This document shows positions 55,601 through 64,000 of a stretch of DNA of 64,000 nucleotides, one piece after another; within the stretch, counting starts at the first letter, position 1, and each line of letters begins with the position of its first letter. The position numbers and the translations under genes are program-made. The notes under the pieces are model-generated. The model did no database searches and had not been told where the DNA came from. It worked only from the letters and a program-made list of their open reading frames with translations. This stretch comes from Terrimicrobiaceae bacterium (GTDB taxonomy: Bacteria > Verrucomicrobiota > Verrucomicrobiia > Chthoniobacterales > Terrimicrobiaceae), in NCBI GenBank assembly GCA_044377415.1, contig JBILZC010000003.1:1788-65787 (forward strand), given 5' to 3'.

Positions 55601-56440
55601 ATGAAAACAACGAAAAACCATATTCTCAACATCACTTGTGCACTCACAATTGGCAGTTCGCTTGTGTGTGCGGGTGAAAATACAGGTAAAACTCTAAACG
55701 ATAGGCAAAAAGCGTATGAAAACAACCGTGAGGTAAATCCCGATTTCGTCAGAGAAAGAGATGTCATAAATCCAGATCGGAAAGCGAATACGTTCGCATA
55801 CACTAAGTGTGACGATACATTGGCTGGTGGCATTACGGGACAAGTTATGCAATCAGCTGAGTTAGTTTTAGCAGCAGCAACTGGTGACCCAAACAAGCTT
55901 TACAGAGCAGTGATTGACAATACAACAGGCACGTTTTTATTTAAAGGGCTACCAGTTGGGCGTTATGATATTTTAGTGTTTGATGGGAACTTTTGTTACG
56001 AGGGGATAACCTTATCAAGAGAGAATACTCTAACGGATTTAGATCGGGAACAAATTAGCCAGACTATCATGAAGTCTGAACCGTTCTATTCAAATAAAAC
56101 ACTCTGGCGCATCGAGGGACAAACTGGTCAAGGCAATGAAGCTCAAGTCATTGCTTCATTTTATCATCCGAAAGGTACAGCAATTGATCCACTTGCTGGA
56201 AACGTAATACAAGACTTGTGGAAACGTAACGTTAAGATAATTAGCTTGAAGCACGTCGGAGCGGGATGGCAAATCACCAATTCGAGAGCATGTAATTCCG
56301 ATTGGATCATGAAGGGCAGCAGTGAGTTCATTCATCGCTTTGTACCATCAGCTCTCTCGAAGATGCGAGTAACAGACGAGATTAAAAACATCGGCAAGTT
56401 AGACCTCACATCACTTCAAGAGCACGTTTCCACGAACTAA
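55601..56440 (+). CDS. Secreted hypothetical protein with carboxypeptidase-regulatory-like segment (AT-rich islet)
   Basis: Signal-like N-terminus MKTTKNHILNITCALTIGSSLVCAG. The segment GTFLFKGLPVGRYDILVF resembles CarboxypepD_reg-type beta-sandwich motifs. Confidence 0.6.
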   Translation: MKTTKNHILNITCALTIGSSLVCAGENTGKTLNDRQKAYENNREVNPDFVRERDVINPDRKANTFAYTKCDDTLAGGITGQVMQSAELVLAAATGDPNKLYRAVIDNTTGTFLFKGLPVGRYDILVFDGNFCYEGITLSRENTLTDLDREQISQTIMKSEPFYSNKTLWRIEGQTGQGNEAQVIASFYHPKGTAIDPLAGNVIQDLWKRNVKIISLKHVGAGWQITNSRACNSDWIMKGSSEFIHRFVPSALSKMRVTDEIKNIGKLDLTSLQEHVSTN

Positions 56441-56523
56441 TCAAAGAGGGTAGCAACTATCTTGACATTTTGCCTTAAGTTTATGTGACCCGAGGCTACC
56501 GCCATCCGAATTCCACGCACTGA

Positions 56524-56817
56524 GTCCCCGCTTACGATCTGCTCAGCACTTCGATGCACTTGCCGAACGAGTCGCTTCTGGCTCTAGACCTTTTTCAAGG
56601 GGATTTCGCCACACCGTTCTTTCAGGCCAATGGATTTCACGGCTACGATGACTTCGTGGCGCTATCGCGGCGATTCGGGATCGCTGGAGAGGTCGCGACA
56701 TCCATTCTTCTTTCCCTGCCAGACAAGCAATCTGCCGTGCACGACCTTATCGGTCGTTCGTTTCTGAGTGCGCGGCCAAGGCGCGGTACCGTCAGATCTT
56801 CGACGACCGACTTTTAG
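56524..56817 (+). pseudogene. 3' remnant of a HipA-family kinase toxin gene
   Basis: The in-frame translation from just after the TGA at 56521 reads VPAYDLLSTSMHLPNESLLALDLF...DDFVALSRRFGIAGEVA.... PAYDLLST matches the conserved HipA C-lobe motif (aPaYDl.sT). The kinase N-lobe is absent. The expected tail (SECAAKARYRQIFDDRLLAL) is in another frame. Confidence 0.55.
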
Positions 56818-56920
56818 CTCTGACGCCCTGCGGAGGTGGGAAGGAATAAAAGTGGCGGCAGGATGTTTGCGGAGTTTTTCCTTGGGTTCGTGAGGGATCC
56901 GGTTTTAACTCCCGCCACTG

Positions 56921-58009
56921 ATGACGGACGCGGAAGCATTTATAGCCTTGAATATGGTGCCCAGGATTGGGCCTGTTCGGGTGCGGCGATTACTCGCGGC
57001 GCTCGGCTCTCCGGGTGCAGTGCTCGCTGCCAGCACGACGGCTCTCCAATCTATCGAGGGTATCGGGCCGGAGGCGGCCAAGTCGCTTCGGGATTGGGAG
57101 AGTCACGTTGACCTGGCTGGCGAGCTTAGGTTGGTGAAGGAGTTTGGAGCTAGGGTGATTACGCTGGCCTCTTCGGACTACCCGGCCCTTCTGCGCGAGA
57201 TTCACGACCCGCCGACGGTGCTCTACATTATGGGGGATCTTCAGGATCGGGACCGGCATGCGATAGGGGTGATTGGGACGAGAAAGCCCAGCCACTACGC
57301 GAACGATTGCGCCAAAAAGATTTCCTACCAACTGGCGTATTCCGGAGTGACAGTCGTGAGTGGGCTCGCTCGGGGCATTGATACCGCCGCGCATCAAGGC
57401 GCTCTGGCGGCAAAGGGTCGCACGATCGCTGTGATCGGCAGTGGCCTCCTCGCGATTTACCCTCCAGAAAATCAACCGCTCGCAGAAAAAATCGCCACGT
57501 CCGGTGCGGTGATTACCGAATTTTCGATGCAAGTGAAGGCGGATCGTCAGACATTTCCAATGCGCAACCGGATTATTAGCGGGTGTTCTTTTGGTGTGCT
57601 CGTTGTCGAGGCGGGAGCTCAAAGCGGCGCGCTGATCAGTGCGAATCAGGCAGGCGAGCAGGGAAGGTCGATCTACGCCGTGCCAGGCCGTATCGACAAT
57701 CCCTCGGCCATCGGGTCCAACCGTCTCATACAGCAAGGCGCGAAACTCGTGACTTCCGCCGGCGATGTGCTTGATGATATGGGATTGCTTTTTGCCGAAA
57801 AGCCGGCGCTTTCGCGTCCGCCGCCCCCAGAACTGACCGGGCACGAAGCTACGATACATACTGCGATTCAAGATGATGAGATGCATATCGATGCCTTGGT
57901 CGAAAGATGCGGGTTGCCAATTCACATTGTGTCTTCTACTTTGCTCGCCCTTGAAATGAAAAAGCTGGTTCGCTCGCGACCCGGCGGGCATTTCGTGAAA
58001 ATTTCCTAA
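56921..58009 (+). CDS. dprA: DNA-processing protein DprA (Smf)
   Basis: N-terminal SAM-like region LNMVPRIGPVRVRRLL...IEGIG. Rossmann-like core GTRKPS...VVSGLARGIDTAAHQGAL. C-terminal winged helix. Confidence 0.92.
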   Translation: MTDAEAFIALNMVPRIGPVRVRRLLAALGSPGAVLAASTTALQSIEGIGPEAAKSLRDWESHVDLAGELRLVKEFGARVITLASSDYPALLREIHDPPTVLYIMGDLQDRDRHAIGVIGTRKPSHYANDCAKKISYQLAYSGVTVVSGLARGIDTAAHQGALAAKGRTIAVIGSGLLAIYPPENQPLAEKIATSGAVITEFSMQVKADRQTFPMRNRIISGCSFGVLVVEAGAQSGALISANQAGEQGRSIYAVPGRIDNPSAIGSNRLIQQGAKLVTSAGDVLDDMGLLFAEKPALSRPPPPELTGHEATIHTAIQDDEMHIDALVERCGLPIHIVSSTLLALEMKKLVRSRPGGHFVKIS

Positions 58010-58015
58010 CGTCCC

Positions 58016-60538
58016 ATGCCAAAAACTCTTGTCATCGCAGAAAAGCCCTCCGTCGCCAACGACCTCGCCAAAGCGCTTGGCAAATTCACCAAAAAAGACG
58101 ATTTTTTTGAGAGTGACGACACCGTGATCACGTCGGCGATCGGTCACCTCGTCGAGCTTTGCCTTCCGAACGAGATGGATAAAAAGCGCGGCAAGTGGAG
58201 TTTTGCGAATCTCCCGATTGTCCCCGACCACTTCGACCTCAAGGCGAAGGAAAAAACCCTTTCGCGTTTCAATCTGATCAAACGTCTACTCAAGCGCGCT
58301 GACATCGGCGATGTCGTCAATGCCTGCGACGCCGGGCGCGAAGGGGAATTGATTTTTCATTACGTCATCCAACTCGCCGGATCCAAAAAACCGACCCGCC
58401 GTCTTTGGTTACAGAGCATGACGCCCGAGGCCATCCGCCAGGGATTCGCCCACCTGCGTGCCGGCAAGGAGATGGTTCCGCTCACCGATGCCGCTGTGTG
58501 CCGTAGCGAAAGCGATTGGTTGGTAGGCATCAATGCCACGCGCGCCATGACCGCCTTCAACTCAAAGGGGGGCGGATTCCAGCTTACGCCAGTCGGTCGA
58601 GTGCAGACGCCCACGCTGGCGATCTTGGCTGTGCGGGAAGAAAAAATCCGCGCTTTTCAGCCGCGTCCCTATTTTGAGGTTTTCGGAGATTTTGGCGTTG
58701 CTGCGGGAGTTTATCGCGGGCGCTGGTTTGACGAAAAATTCAAAAAAGGCGCCGATGAGGACGCCAAGGCCGAGCGCCTCTGGGAGCGCGCGACCGCCGA
58801 GGCAATCGTCGCCAAATGCACTGGCAAGCCGGGCGTTATTACCGAGGAAATAAAGCCCACCACGCAGATTTCGCCGCAACTTTACGATCTCACGACTCTC
58901 CAGCGCGAAGCGAACTCCCGCTTCGGCCTCAGCGCGAAACGCACGCTCCAGATCGCTCAAGCGCTCTACGAAAAATACAAAGTCCTCACCTACCCGCGTA
59001 CCGACTCCCGCTACATGCCGGACGACAACCTCGCCAATGTCAAAAATGTGATGGGGAAACTCGAGATCGACGACCTCGCCGCACATGGACGCAAAGCCCT
59101 TCAATCGGGTTGGGTGAACCTCAATCGCCGTGTTTTCAACAACGCCAAGGTCACCGACCACCATGCCATCATCCCGACGGGAGTTTCACCCAAGGCGCTC
59201 GATGATTTTGAGCTGAAAATTTACGACATGGTCGCCCGCCGCTTCGTTGCGGTCTTTTATCCCGCTGCGCAATTTGAAGTTACTACCCGCATCACTCGCG
59301 TGGAGGCAGAAGCTTTCAAAACGGATGGAAAAATCCTCATCGAGCCCGGTTGGCTTGCCGTTTATGGAAAGCAGGCCGCCGGCGAGGATGACCAAACTGT
59401 CGTCCCGATCGCCAAGGACGAGAGCGCCAAGACCGAAGCCTTGGAAATCAAGGAAAACGAGACCAAGCCACCCGCCCGATTCAACGAAGCCACGCTCCTT
59501 TCCGCGATGGAGGGGGCAGGAAAGCTGGTTGATGACGAAGAACTCCGCGAGGCCATGAGCCAACGTGGACTCGGCACCCCGGCGACCCGCGCGCAGATCA
59601 TCGAAGGCCTCATCCTCGACGGATACATAGTCCGCCAAGGTCGCGACATCATCACCACTTCCAAGGGGCTTGCGCTTATCACCCTACTCCGTGGTCTCGG
59701 TATTCAGTCGCTCACCTCGCCGGAAATGACCGGAGAATGGGAGTTCAAGCTCAAGCAAATGGAGCAGGGCGCATTGGATCGAACCCAATTCATGCAAGAG
59801 ATTCGTGGATTTACAGAGGACATTGTCAACAAGGCCAAATCGTTCGAGGGCGATACCATCGGCGGATCGTTTCAGGACCTCGATGTGCAGTGTCCGAAGT
59901 GTGGGCACATCGGCTACGTGGAATCCTTCAAGGCCTTCGAATGTGGCGCGAAATGTGGAGCCATTATTTGGAAAACCATGGCCGGTCGCACATTTGAACG
60001 CGAAGAAGTGCAGTCCATCCTCGAGCTGGGTCGCATCGGCCCGCTCGAAGGCTTTCGCAGCAAGCTCGGACGACCCTTTGCCGCCGTGGTCAAACTCGAT
60101 GCCGAAGGCAAACAATCCTTCGATTTCGGGGATAGCGCAGATTCCATCGCGAGCCTGAATTTCGCCGAACTTCCAACGATTGGTTCATGTCCGTCCTGCA
60201 AGTCGGGAACGATTCACGACAGCGGAACGGCATGGGTGTGCTCGAATACGAGTGCGTGTAAGTTCCGAATGGGAAAAACCCTTTGCCAAAAGGAAATCCC
60301 CCGCGAGCAAGTTGAGAAGATCATCACCGAGGGCAAGACCGATCTCATCCACCGCTTCATCTCGAAAAAAGGCCGACCATTTTCTGCATTTCTCAAGCTA
60401 GAAAAGGATAAAGTCAGCTTCGAGTTTGAGGAACGTGAACGCAAGCCCGCCGCAGCCAAAAAAACCGCCGCGCGAGCCACCAAAACGGCTAAGGTCACCA
60501 AAACCACACGAACCAAAAACCCCGCCGCGGCTGCGTAA
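58016..60538 (+). CDS. topB: Type IA DNA topoisomerase, topoisomerase III-like
   Basis: The Toprim N-terminus [17 protein letters not shown]...SAIGHLVEL is TopB-style (AEKPS, not the TopA-style VESPAKA). The catalytic region has [12 protein letters not shown]. The C-terminus has CPKCG and CPSCKSG zinc ribbons and repeats (...[25 protein letters not shown]). Confidence 0.85.
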   Translation: MPKTLVIAEKPSVANDLAKALGKFTKKDDFFESDDTVITSAIGHLVELCLPNEMDKKRGKWSFANLPIVPDHFDLKAKEKTLSRFNLIKRLLKRADIGDVVNACDAGREGELIFHYVIQLAGSKKPTRRLWLQSMTPEAIRQGFAHLRAGKEMVPLTDAAVCRSESDWLVGINATRAMTAFNSKGGGFQLTPVGRVQTPTLAILAVREEKIRAFQPRPYFEVFGDFGVAAGVYRGRWFDEKFKKGADEDAKAERLWERATAEAIVAKCTGKPGVITEEIKPTTQISPQLYDLTTLQREANSRFGLSAKRTLQIAQALYEKYKVLTYPRTDSRYMPDDNLANVKNVMGKLEIDDLAAHGRKALQSGWVNLNRRVFNNAKVTDHHAIIPTGVSPKALDDFELKIYDMVARRFVAVFYPAAQFEVTTRITRVEAEAFKTDGKILIEPGWLAVYGKQAAGEDDQTVVPIAKDESAKTEALEIKENETKPPARFNEATLLSAMEGAGKLVDDEELREAMSQRGLGTPATRAQIIEGLILDGYIVRQGRDIITTSKGLALITLLRGLGIQSLTSPEMTGEWEFKLKQMEQGALDRTQFMQEIRGFTEDIVNKAKSFEGDTIGGSFQDLDVQCPKCGHIGYVESFKAFECGAKCGAIIWKTMAGRTFEREEVQSILELGRIGPLEGFRSKLGRPFAAVVKLDAEGKQSFDFGDSADSIASLNFAELPTIGSCPSCKSGTIHDSGTAWVCSNTSACKFRMGKTLCQKEIPREQVEKIITEGKTDLIHRFISKKGRPFSAFLKLEKDKVSFEFEERERKPAAAKKTAARATKTAKVTKTTRTKNPAAAA

Positions 60539-60621
60539 TCGACAAGGCAGCAGCGCGAGTATTTGCATTTGCATTTCCGCGTGCGTGCGCTCAATCTGCA
60601 CACTGTTTTCCACATTTTATT

Positions 60622-61584
60622 ATGAGCCAGCCTAATTCTCTCGATCAACTCAAGCAATTCACCACCGTTGTCGCCGATACTGGGGACTTCGAAAGCATCC
60701 GCGCCTACACGCCACAGGATGCGACGACCAATCCCACGTTGATCTACAAGGCTGTTCAGCAGGCGGAATACAAGCCGCTCCTCGAGAAGGCTGTGGCCGA
60801 TAATCGCTCTAGCACGCTCACCGGTGGCGCGCTCCACCGTAAGGTCATCGACGATCTTCTCATCGCGTTCGGTCGCGAAATCCTCTCGATCGTTCCAGGT
60901 CGAGTTTCCACCGAAGTCGATGCCCGGCTTTCTTTCGATATTGAAGGGACCGTCGAAAAGGCCCGCTACCTCATCGGTCTCTACGAGAAGCAGGGAACGC
61001 CCCGTGAGCGTGTGCTCATCAAGATCGCCTCGACATGGGAAGGCGCCCAAGCCGCTGCGGTCTGCCAAAAAGAAGGCATCAATTGCAATCTCACGCTCCT
61101 CTTCGCGCTACCACAGGCTATCGCCTGCGCCCAAGCCAACGCGCGCCTCATCTCGCCGTTCGTTGGTCGCATTTACGATTACTACAAATCCACTACCGGC
61201 AAAGAATACGTTGGCGCGGAGGATCCCGGTGTCCAGTCGGTCCAAAAAATCTACACCTACTACAAAAAGTTCGGCTACCAAACGCAAGTGATGGGCGCCA
61301 GCTTCCGGAACGTCAGCCAGATCACCGAACTCGCTGGTTGCGACCTGCTCACGATCAGCCCCGATCTTCTCAAGAATCTCCAAGACTCCACCGCACCGCT
61401 CACTCGCAAGCTGGATCCCGCTCAGGCGGCGAGTGACAATGTCGAAAAAATCGATCTCGACGAAAAGACCTTCCGCTGGATGCTCAACGAGGACGCCATG
61501 GCTACCGACAAGCTCGCTGATGGCATTAGGAAGTTTGCGGCGGATATCGTTCAACTCGAAAAGATCATCGCCCAAAGCTTCTAG
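60622..61584 (+). CDS. tal: Transaldolase (TalB type)
   Basis: [33 protein letters not shown], and KIASTWEG with the Schiff-base Lys context. Confidence 0.95.
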   Translation: MSQPNSLDQLKQFTTVVADTGDFESIRAYTPQDATTNPTLIYKAVQQAEYKPLLEKAVADNRSSTLTGGALHRKVIDDLLIAFGREILSIVPGRVSTEVDARLSFDIEGTVEKARYLIGLYEKQGTPRERVLIKIASTWEGAQAAAVCQKEGINCNLTLLFALPQAIACAQANARLISPFVGRIYDYYKSTTGKEYVGAEDPGVQSVQKIYTYYKKFGYQTQVMGASFRNVSQITELAGCDLLTISPDLLKNLQDSTAPLTRKLDPAQAASDNVEKIDLDEKTFRWMLNEDAMATDKLADGIRKFAADIVQLEKIIAQSF

Positions 61585-61602
61585 ATTCAGGAGCCTCCCC
61601 CA

Positions 61603-62226
61603 ATGATATCGAAATATGGTGTGGCCATTATGCTCGTGCTCTTGGCGGCCACACCCCTTTGCGCCACCACGCGTGCGACGGACTACCCTGGCTCGGTATC
61701 CATGCTCCTCTGTGTTGAAAGTGTGAGGTCGGATCTCGCCCTTGATGCAAAACAAAAATCCCGCCTCAATGCGCTGAGGAAAGAACTCCGATCCAAGTCC
61801 GAGGTGCTGACTCGAAAAAAATCCAAAGTCCCGATATCTCGACTCACACCGGATCAGAAGCTTTTTTCGCTTATCGACGGCAACAACTCCAGTGCCCTAG
61901 CCGTGCTCACCCTCGAGCAATCCGTCCGCTTCCACGAGATTCAAAATCAAGCTCTGGGTTTCACGATGCTGGTCTCGCCGAAGGTCCAAAGACAGCTCGA
62001 GCTGGGTGTCAAACAGGTGATCTCGATCGAGAAAATCCGACTCAAGGGGCTGGATTTTGTTGCCGAGACGAACCTCGCCTTCGAGGAGGGGAAAATTTCT
62101 CAAGACGAAAGGCTCCAACGCCTCCGCGACTACCGCGCCCATCAGGCAGAGGACTTCAAAGATGTCCTCACCCGCGCACAGCGGAAGGTTTTTAGCGGTC
62201 TGTGCGGCCCTCCGCTTAAAAACTAG
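61603..62226 (+). CDS. Periplasmic LTXXQ-motif (CpxP/Spy-like) protein
   Basis: Signal peptide MISKYGVAIMLVLLAATPLCA. Three LTxxQ motifs: LTPDQ, LTLEQ, LTRAQ. Confidence 0.6.
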   Translation: MISKYGVAIMLVLLAATPLCATTRATDYPGSVSMLLCVESVRSDLALDAKQKSRLNALRKELRSKSEVLTRKKSKVPISRLTPDQKLFSLIDGNNSSALAVLTLEQSVRFHEIQNQALGFTMLVSPKVQRQLELGVKQVISIEKIRLKGLDFVAETNLAFEEGKISQDERLQRLRDYRAHQAEDFKDVLTRAQRKVFSGLCGPPLKN

Positions 62227-62337
62227 TTTTATGGCTTCTTTTTCAGGGCTAGGTTTTTTCTGGCCGAACCCTTTTCCTGCCACATATCAGGCGACCCAAG
62301 GATTGACATCGTCGTGTCAGGTCGGCATCTCCATCGC

Positions 62338-62787
62338 ATGATCATTGATACACTTTCCTCCTGGCCGAAGTATTTGGCGATTCACCCCGGCTTCGCTCAG
62401 GCCTTCCGCTATCTGGAGGCAGGCAACCTCGATACCGGATCCGAAACCCGCCAGCCCATCAACGGTGATCTGATTTTTGCGAGCTTCATGCGCCGACCCG
62501 CCAAGACCCGCGAAACGGCGCGACTCGAAGCCCATCGCCGGCAAATCGACATCCAGTTTCTTGTTTCCGAGAGTGAGCAATTTGGATGGAAGCCGACGGC
62601 GGATTGCGTGAAGCCTGACGGAGATTTCAACGAGGAACGAGATGTTCAGTTTTTTAAAGACGCCGCCACATCGTGGCATGCGATTCAGCCAGGACATTTC
62701 GTCATCTTTTTTCCCGAGGATGCGCACGCCCCGATGGTCGGCAACGGAGAGATTGCCAAAGTTGTCGTGAAGGTCGCCGTCGCATAG
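62338..62787 (+). CDS. YhcH/YjgK/YiaL (DUF386, EbgC-like) family protein
   Basis: MIIDTLSSWPKY...AFRYL..., EAHRRQIDIQFLVSE, and FVIFFPEDAHAP are typical of the family. ATG at 62338. Confidence 0.85.
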   Translation: MIIDTLSSWPKYLAIHPGFAQAFRYLEAGNLDTGSETRQPINGDLIFASFMRRPAKTRETARLEAHRRQIDIQFLVSESEQFGWKPTADCVKPDGDFNEERDVQFFKDAATSWHAIQPGHFVIFFPEDAHAPMVGNGEIAKVVVKVAVA

Positions 62788-62807
62788 CTTGTCACGCCAC
62801 CCGTCTT

Positions 62808-64000
62808 TTATTGCATTCGAACGTCGAGATGGAGGAAATCCAGCAGATACTCCATCAATCTCGATACAAGGGATTGTTTGCCGCAATCGATGCGGACGCA
62901 CCCAGTCATGCCGATTTTCAATCCGGGCAAGGAATTGGTGATTTGAAGCGACGCGAAATGGGTGTCAGCACCTGCAATGGGAGCGGGCGCTGCTGTCAAC
63001 GTTGGTGAAAGTCTTAGAGGCGTGGCCACTACGATCCCTTTAAGTGTGGTTTCCGGATATGCGGTCAAGCGCAGATTGAAAGAAGACCCTGCACTTACTA
63101 GGCGCGCCTGTTTTTCATTCAAAGTGACAAGTGCTTCGTTTAACCGATCGGGTTGAATGACGCAGAAAACCTCACCAGGCACGATTTTTTTGCCCATGAG
63201 CGCATCTAGACGCCGCGAGGCGATGGTCCCATCTGCATTGGCCTTCAAAACAAGCCCCTCCAAGCGGCGAGAGGTTTCAGTAAACTGAGCCGTCAACGCA
63301 GCGACTTCGCTGCGCAGAATGCCTACAGCAGAGGTCTTGCCGCTCGCCATGGCTTCGCGGAGCAAGGTTTTCTTTTTTTCTAATTCTGTAGCCGATTTCT
63401 CAAAATTTGCAGAAATGGCATTGTTTTCCAAGACGGCCAAGGTTTGCCCCGCCGTCACGCGATTACCCTCGCTGACGAGGATGGCCCTCAAATAGCCCTC
63501 CTCGACGCTGCGGACAGTACAGGACTGTGCGGGTTGGAGTAGACAGTTGCCAACGATCCATCGCGACAGCGGAATGAAAAGGGCTACTAAAAATAAAGCG
63601 GTCATGGCGGAGAAAATGCCGATGGCTCTTTTGCGAGCTCGGGGAGCGGCACTTTGATAGCTTCTAAAAACCGAAGCAGAGGTCGAAAGGGCCGGCATGA
63701 CGATGCCTGTTATTCCCCACGCCATGATCAGCGAATCGCCCAGCCACTTCATTCCATAAGGGCTGAGTGCGGTCGAAACGAACTTCCAAATCCCTAAAAA
63801 TACGATCACCAGATAAATCGAACTGGCGATCGCATAGGAGCCAAGAATCCATGCGTCACGGCGGGTTGTTTTAATATTAGACTTCGCGCCTGTCAGAAAA
63901 TGAGAGATGACCATTGTGATATGGGCTCGGGCTCTTTGACGAAGATCCGGCATATCCAATGCATCGGCTAGAATGTAGTATCCATCGTAGCGCATGAGCG
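62808..64000 (-). CDS. HlyD-type membrane-fusion protein with N-terminal polytopic membrane region; 5' end outside the window
   Basis: The frame stays open to the window edge. TM helices are followed by a biotinyl-lipoyl-like barrel (VEEGYLRAILVSEGNRVTAGQTLAVLEN), a coiled coil and a beta-barrel (GMTGCVRIDCG). Confidence 0.75.
   Translation of the reverse strand, partial: LMRYDGYYILADALDMPDLRQRARAHITMVISHFLTGAKSNIKTTRRDAWILGSYAIASSIYLVIVFLGIWKFVSTALSPYGMKWLGDSLIMAWGITGIVMPALSTSASVFRSYQSAAPRARKRAIGIFSAMTALFLVALFIPLSRWIVGNCLLQPAQSCTVRSVEEGYLRAILVSEGNRVTAGQTLAVLENNAISANFEKSATELEKKKTLLREAMASGKTSAVGILRSEVAALTAQFTETSRRLEGLVLKANADGTIASRRLDALMGKKIVPGEVFCVIQPDRLNEALVTLNEKQARLVSAGSSFNLRLTAYPETTLKGIVVATPLRLSPTLTAAPAPIAGADTHFASLQITNSLPGLKIGMTGCVRIDCGKQSLVSRLMEYLLDFLHLDVRMQ

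Overview
This is a chromosomal window whose content looks like a PVC-group bacterium, probably Verrucomicrobiota. That call is an inference from gene content: giant PATR-repeat surface proteins, a PEP-CTERM anchor, and RayT-like genes carrying a DnaA-C-like HTH. I recognised no rRNA, tRNA or CRISPR array. About 46 protein genes are supported.

Housekeeping and metabolism genes: leuA, a CopA-type P1B ATPase, secreted msrA, a saccharopine-dehydrogenase-family gene coupled to an aldehyde dehydrogenase, hsp20, selO, a COG0523 GTPase coupled to a WD40 protein, speA, gcvT, gcvH and gcvP, a DEAD-box helicase, dprA, a topoisomerase III-like gene, tal and a TerC-family gene.

Two very large PATR (autotransporter-associated beta-strand repeat) proteins use different anchors:
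- One is 5'-truncated by the window edge and ends in a PEP-CTERM anchor (3..4445).
- The other is about 4,000 aa (26594..38509). It has an N-terminal 7-bladed Asp-box propeller, three to four concatenated passenger units and a C-terminal autotransporter barrel.

Accessory content:
- A BrnT/BrnA toxin-antitoxin module whose toxin carries a 1-nt frameshift.
- A VapBC module.
- A hipA 3' remnant.
- Two RayT/IS200-like HUH genes, each bracketed by its own perfect inverted repeat. Both repeats share a GGGGTCAGT core.
- Two AT-rich islets of secreted or membrane proteins.

The items most worth follow-up:
1. An unassigned, internally duplicated, hairpin-dense ~420-nt non-coding region (4475..4895). 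I could not match it to tmRNA, RNase P or SRP RNA.
2. A translationally coupled pair (15021..17272): an uncharacterised protein with an archaeo-eukaryotic-primase-like motif triad, plus an AP-endonuclease-2/xylose-isomerase-like TIM-barrel protein.
3. The RayT-like units with co-varying flanking repeats.
4. The modular architecture and DNA-level repeat homogenisation of the giant autotransporter.

All functional calls rest on motif recognition by eye. No database search was run.
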